DNA of 55,413 nt, from positions 1 to 55,413 of the forward strand of contig MQRK01241687.1 of NCBI GenBank assembly GCA_001938485.1, given 5' to 3'. Below the pieces are notes generated by a model, which was given only the letters and a program-made list of their open reading frames with translations, did not search any database and was not told where the DNA came from. The first letter of the stretch is position 1; each line of letters opens with the position of its first letter. Shown piece by piece: positions 51,589 to 55,413 of this stretch. The position numbers and the translations under genes were made by a program. This DNA is from Girardia tigrina (Eukaryota).

Positions 51589-51695
51589 GTCTCAATTTGA
51601 CGAAAAATTCATTTGAAGAGACACAATTTAAAATTCTGAAAAATCGTCACAGGAAAATTGTTCTAGTCCTCGACAACTCCGGCAGTATGACGAAT
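51589..51695 (+). CDS. CLCA-like paralog B, exon 6 (start of the vWA domain, MIDAS motif)
   Basis: Encodes LNLTKNSFEETQFKILKNRHRKIVLVLDNSGSMTN, containing DxSxS. GTAAG donor. Confidence 0.88.
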
Positions 51696-51766
51696 GTAAG
51701 ACGTGCTTTTAATTTGTAAAGTTTTCCCAAAAGATATTTCAATTAAGAAATATACTTTAAATTATG

Positions 51767-52394
51767 TTATGTAAGTAGCGTTTATGCCACTTTCATTATT
51801 ATCACATTCTGAAGTCATAATTTAACACCACATAATTTATTAATATCAACAATTCACATACTTAAACAAATTTCTTATTAATTCAATTATTTCGCCCAAA
51901 ATTAATTCATAAATTTTTTGATTAAATTTTGAAAATTTACGAAATATAAACGTCATATTATATTTACATTTTTTTACGAAAATTTTACAAAATTCAAATT
52001 TTAAATTATTTTACATTTTTCAAATTAAACTTCAGATTATATTTATATATTTTACGAAAATTTTACAAAATCTAAACCTTAAATTATTTTACATTTTTTC
52101 TACGAAACTTTATCATACAAACTAATTAATTTAAATTTGCAATAGACCCCTTTGTTAAAAAATTATTTCTTAAATATTGATCTGTTAATTATTTATTTAA
52201 AATTTATTTCAATTTATTTCATAACTTTTATCAAAATATATCAATTGTTATTACTGTAAACATATTTTAAATAAATATTTATTTATCATATTTTTACTCT
52301 ACATTTCAATTTTTAAATTTATTTCTTTTAAATTTTCAAATACAAAAAAATAATAAATTATTCTGGCGAAACTTAAATTTAAACTAACCCCTCA
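51767..52394 (-). mobile_element. Leader-only copy of the gag-bearing element in intron 6 of paralog B
   Basis: Homologous to 257-1175 but without the MITE; same AACTAACCCCTCA terminus. Confidence 0.8.
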
Positions 52395-52506
52395 TTATGT
52401 AAAATTTTGTTCAGTCTTAAAATAGTACTATTATTTAAGCGTGATTTTTTTAATATTTTTTCTAACATTTATATATTTTATTTTTAATATATCTTTTTAT
52501 AATTAG

Positions 52507-52728
52507 ATAATTGAAAACATGAAAACCGCACTTTCATATTTCATTAGTAACGTTGTGGAAAGCCAAGCAGAAGTTGGTTTAGTGTCTTTCAGCAAGATCG
52601 GAGTTATTAAAAGTCGATTATTACCGATGAATACTCGCGGAAATAGAGACGAAATTATAACCAAAATTGCTAATCTTACTGCAGATGCAACGACAAATAT
52701 CCCAGATGGCCTCAGAAAGGCTTTTGAG
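52507..52728 (+). CDS. CLCA-like paralog B, exon 7 (vWA domain); later exons not found in the window
   Basis: Encodes IIENMKTALSYFISNVVESQAEVGLVSFSK...ADATTNIPDGLRKAFE, a typical vWA segment. Phase-0 AG/GT boundaries. Confidence 0.85.
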
Positions 52729-54482
52729 GTACTTTACATATACCTTTGTATAACTGTCCATATATTCATTATGATAGATTTTTAAATTATCCGTTGATAC
52801 TAAAATTTAAATTATTATCAAAGGATCATATCTACATGTATTCAGAATTAAGTTTAATGTTAAAAGGTTAATTCATGAACTAAATCCTTTATTTTGCGCA
52901 AAATAGAACATGAAATGAATAAACAAATAATAAAAAAATAGTAAAGAAAATAATAATGCGAAAGCAATGAAGAATAAAACAGACACGTCAAGGTTACAAA
53001 CCAGCTAAATTATTTTAGCTAAATAAAATACGTTAAGAAGCTCAAACAAAATAATTTAAGTACCATATTCTGAAGGAAATAGGATATGTAAGAAGCATAT
53101 TTGCAAGAGAATTTGTCGTTTTAAAGGGTTTACAATGACATCAAAACGTTCTCTGAAATACATGGAAAATAAATTGTTGATTGCAAGTTAAACTTGATTA
53201 GAAATTAATTGTAAAAATTACATTTGACAGTGCATTGCCAATGGGGAAAAGTATCAGTAGAAAGAAGAAGTAATGCATCTCAGAATGTCTACGAAGAGAT
53301 ATACAGTGGCTTTTAGGGGATGAGGTGATCTACCATGACTTCATGAATTATATAATTCACAGAGATCCCACTGTAGATTGTAAAAAGTATTTGAACGTCT
53401 TATTCAGATTCAGCCGATTCCATTGAACAAGAACAGATGTACTGAGACTAGTCAAGGAGAGAGAGAAGCATCTGCAAAGTTTTAAAAGTGAGATGTTACA
53501 AGGAGTTCGCCTAAGAATAGAAGCTAAACAGGCATCTCAAGAAAGACAATAAAGCGTTGCCTACTGCTGCTTTGACAGAAACAACAACAATGATTATTAT
53601 TAAAGAAGACGCACAAATTTTCAAATTTATTTGCTGTTAAGAAACTTATAAAACAAACAGGAAGCCAGCAAAACATCTTCTAAGGATCAAAAATTGAACG
53701 AAGCGAACATTTTTCAAATCTCATCAAATCAATCACAAAAAATCAACTACATTAACAACAAAAATCCCAAAGATATTTCAGAAATTCCAAATTCTTTAGC
53801 CACGGATCATTAGACTATCTCAACCGTGGTAGAAGAAAGAATCAGTGCCGTAGAAACACTGATCTTTTAGGATCACAAATTTAACTGCTAGAATAGAGTT
53901 CAAAACGCCATCTCGTGGCTGTGTAAGTCTATAAATACAGTCAAAAGTAAACAAAACCATGGAAATACAATCCATGAATGGTCGTTTGTTACAAGAAAGC
54001 CAAAAAGATCTCGGAGACTGAAGCAATCTAACTCCATATTAGACCTATTGGAGAGCTGCAATAAACTCATTTTATTTGATGGACATTTTAACAGGTTATA
54101 TGCTCAAAACAACTGGAAGAAATCTTAGGCCTACATTGGAAATACAAATAAATATCTCAAAACTCGAGTCAGTGAGCATTTACTATTACATCGATCGAGA
54201 AAGGTTTTTGATCAAACTTCACACTGTAAAATTCTTTTTCTGCTTCAAAGGATACTGTTTCTGTTTTCAGCAGTTTGGAGCAGCAGTTCTGCGAATCGCT
54301 ATTTATAAGACAGTACACATTATTAATTAATATTCAAAATAGGCAAAGTTGCGCCATTTTAAATATTTAATTAAATAATAAAAAATGTCAATGATACCCA
54401 ATGATATCTTGAAATAACAAAATATAAAATTTAAAATATCCAATTAAAAACAATATTTAAATAAATACTCAAATATTTATAA

Positions 54483-54521
54483 TTGCTGATGATAGGGTAT
54501 AAAACTTTGAAATATGTTCAA
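54483..54521 (+). ncRNA. Probable minimal hammerhead ribozyme
   Basis: TTG-CTGATGA-T-AGGG-TATAAAA-CTTT-GAAA-T-AT-GTT-CAA. Stem II is weak. Confidence 0.5.
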
Positions 54522-54599
54522 ACATCAATTTCTTAAAAAAAGATTTAACTGAATCACTTCTCTTTCTCTATATATGTATATATTATTATATATCGCTCC

Positions 54600-54673
54600 A
54601 TATATATATATATATATATATATNNNNNNNNNNNNNNNNNNNNNNNNNNNNNNNNNNNNNNNNNNNNNNNNNN

Positions 54674-54724
<51 letters not shown>
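54600..54724. repeat. (TA)n microsatellite spanning an N gap; others at ~1793, 22970, 47703 and 49595
   Basis: Directly visible in the sequence. Confidence 0.95.
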
Positions 54725-54727
<3 letters not shown>

Positions 54728-54763
54728 TGTAAGGTAAAATCTTTATAATAGGGATAAAAACAA

Positions 54764-54804
54764 GACGACGCGTTTCGAAATAATAAAAATTCCATCATCA
54801 GGTC
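54764..54804 (-). ncRNA. Minimal type I hammerhead ribozyme, canonical Penelope type
   Basis: GAC-CTGATGA-T-GGAAT-TTTTATT-ATTTC-GAAA-C-GC-GTC-GTC, with palindromic ACGCGT and a GUC cleavage triplet. Confidence 0.8.
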
Positions 54805-55211
54805 ACAAAATGTATCAAGCAGGTACACTATATGGAAACTTGCCGATAATAAATAAAATTTATCCAATAAATTATTGGATGAAAATAACTTTATTTCACT
54901 TTTCCCTAAAATTAAGAAAAATGCACTAAATGCAATCAATCTCATTCTCGCAAACCAACCATTGGCAGCTATGAATTGCCATTTGAGAAAACGATATGTT
55001 TTCTCTATCGTTCCGTACTTTACAAGGTAACGGAGACATATGATAAAGATGACAACTAACAGCACACCAAAAGTTAATCTTTGAGATGAAACTTCTCACA
55101 CTCAATGCAATAAACTCAATTTTAGCCTTCCATCAAATCCAAAACAATCCGAAATCTCATCGATGCAATTTGACTGAAATGTCTGACCACATGGAAATCT
55201 GAGAGAACGTT

Positions 55212-55373
55212 GTGTTATCTCAACTGTACCAGGTTTGACACTGGTGACACTCAGTGTTATCTCAACTGTACCAGGTTTGACACTGGTGACACTCAAATAC
55301 AGCAATGCCAAAAATTACCATTGTACCAGGTTTGACACTGGCGACACTCAGTAAAAAAACAGCAATGCCAAAA
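55212..55373. repeat. 42-bp tandem repeat: two full copies plus a partial third
   Basis: GTGTTATCTCAACTGTACCAGGTTTGACACTGGTGACACTCA twice, then TGTACCAGGTTTGACACTGGCGACACTCA. Confidence 0.9.
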
Positions 55374-55413
55374 ACTTTATTATATGAGCAGCCGACCTCC
55401 TCATTAAAGTCAT

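Noticed and set aside
53000-54330. Coding-like stretch as CLCA exon 8 or a LINE endonuclease
   Set aside because: No vWA LLTDG-type motif, many stops, and only a faint ILDL resemblance.
55212-55373. CRISPR-like repeat array
   Set aside because: The units are directly tandem or separated by repeated sequence rather than unique spacers. The context is eukaryotic and there are no cas genes.

Overview
This is a very AT-rich eukaryotic window, probably from an invertebrate animal, with several N gaps. It carries two head-to-head, spliced CLCA-like (calcium-activated chloride channel regulator) paralogs. One lies on the minus strand (ATG 6621, four exons visible, running off the left edge). The other lies on the plus strand (ATG 39023, seven exons visible through the start of the vWA domain; no later exon found). 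Both replace the metalloprotease HExxH motif with KEFxK. The rest is a dense transposon graveyard. It includes an RTE-like LINE with three C-terminal C2H2 fingers and a covarying 3' RNA pseudoknot, nested inside a Penelope-like element with an 8-bp target duplication. It also holds many Penelope-like fragments with minimal hammerhead ribozymes, one intact and several decayed mariners, hAT and pogo MITEs, a repeated gag-bearing LTR-type family, a decayed Polinton/adintovirus-type protein-primed DNA polymerase B, a possibly virus-derived decayed gene cassette, and local segmental duplications. All calls come from reading and hand-translating the sequence; no searches were run.
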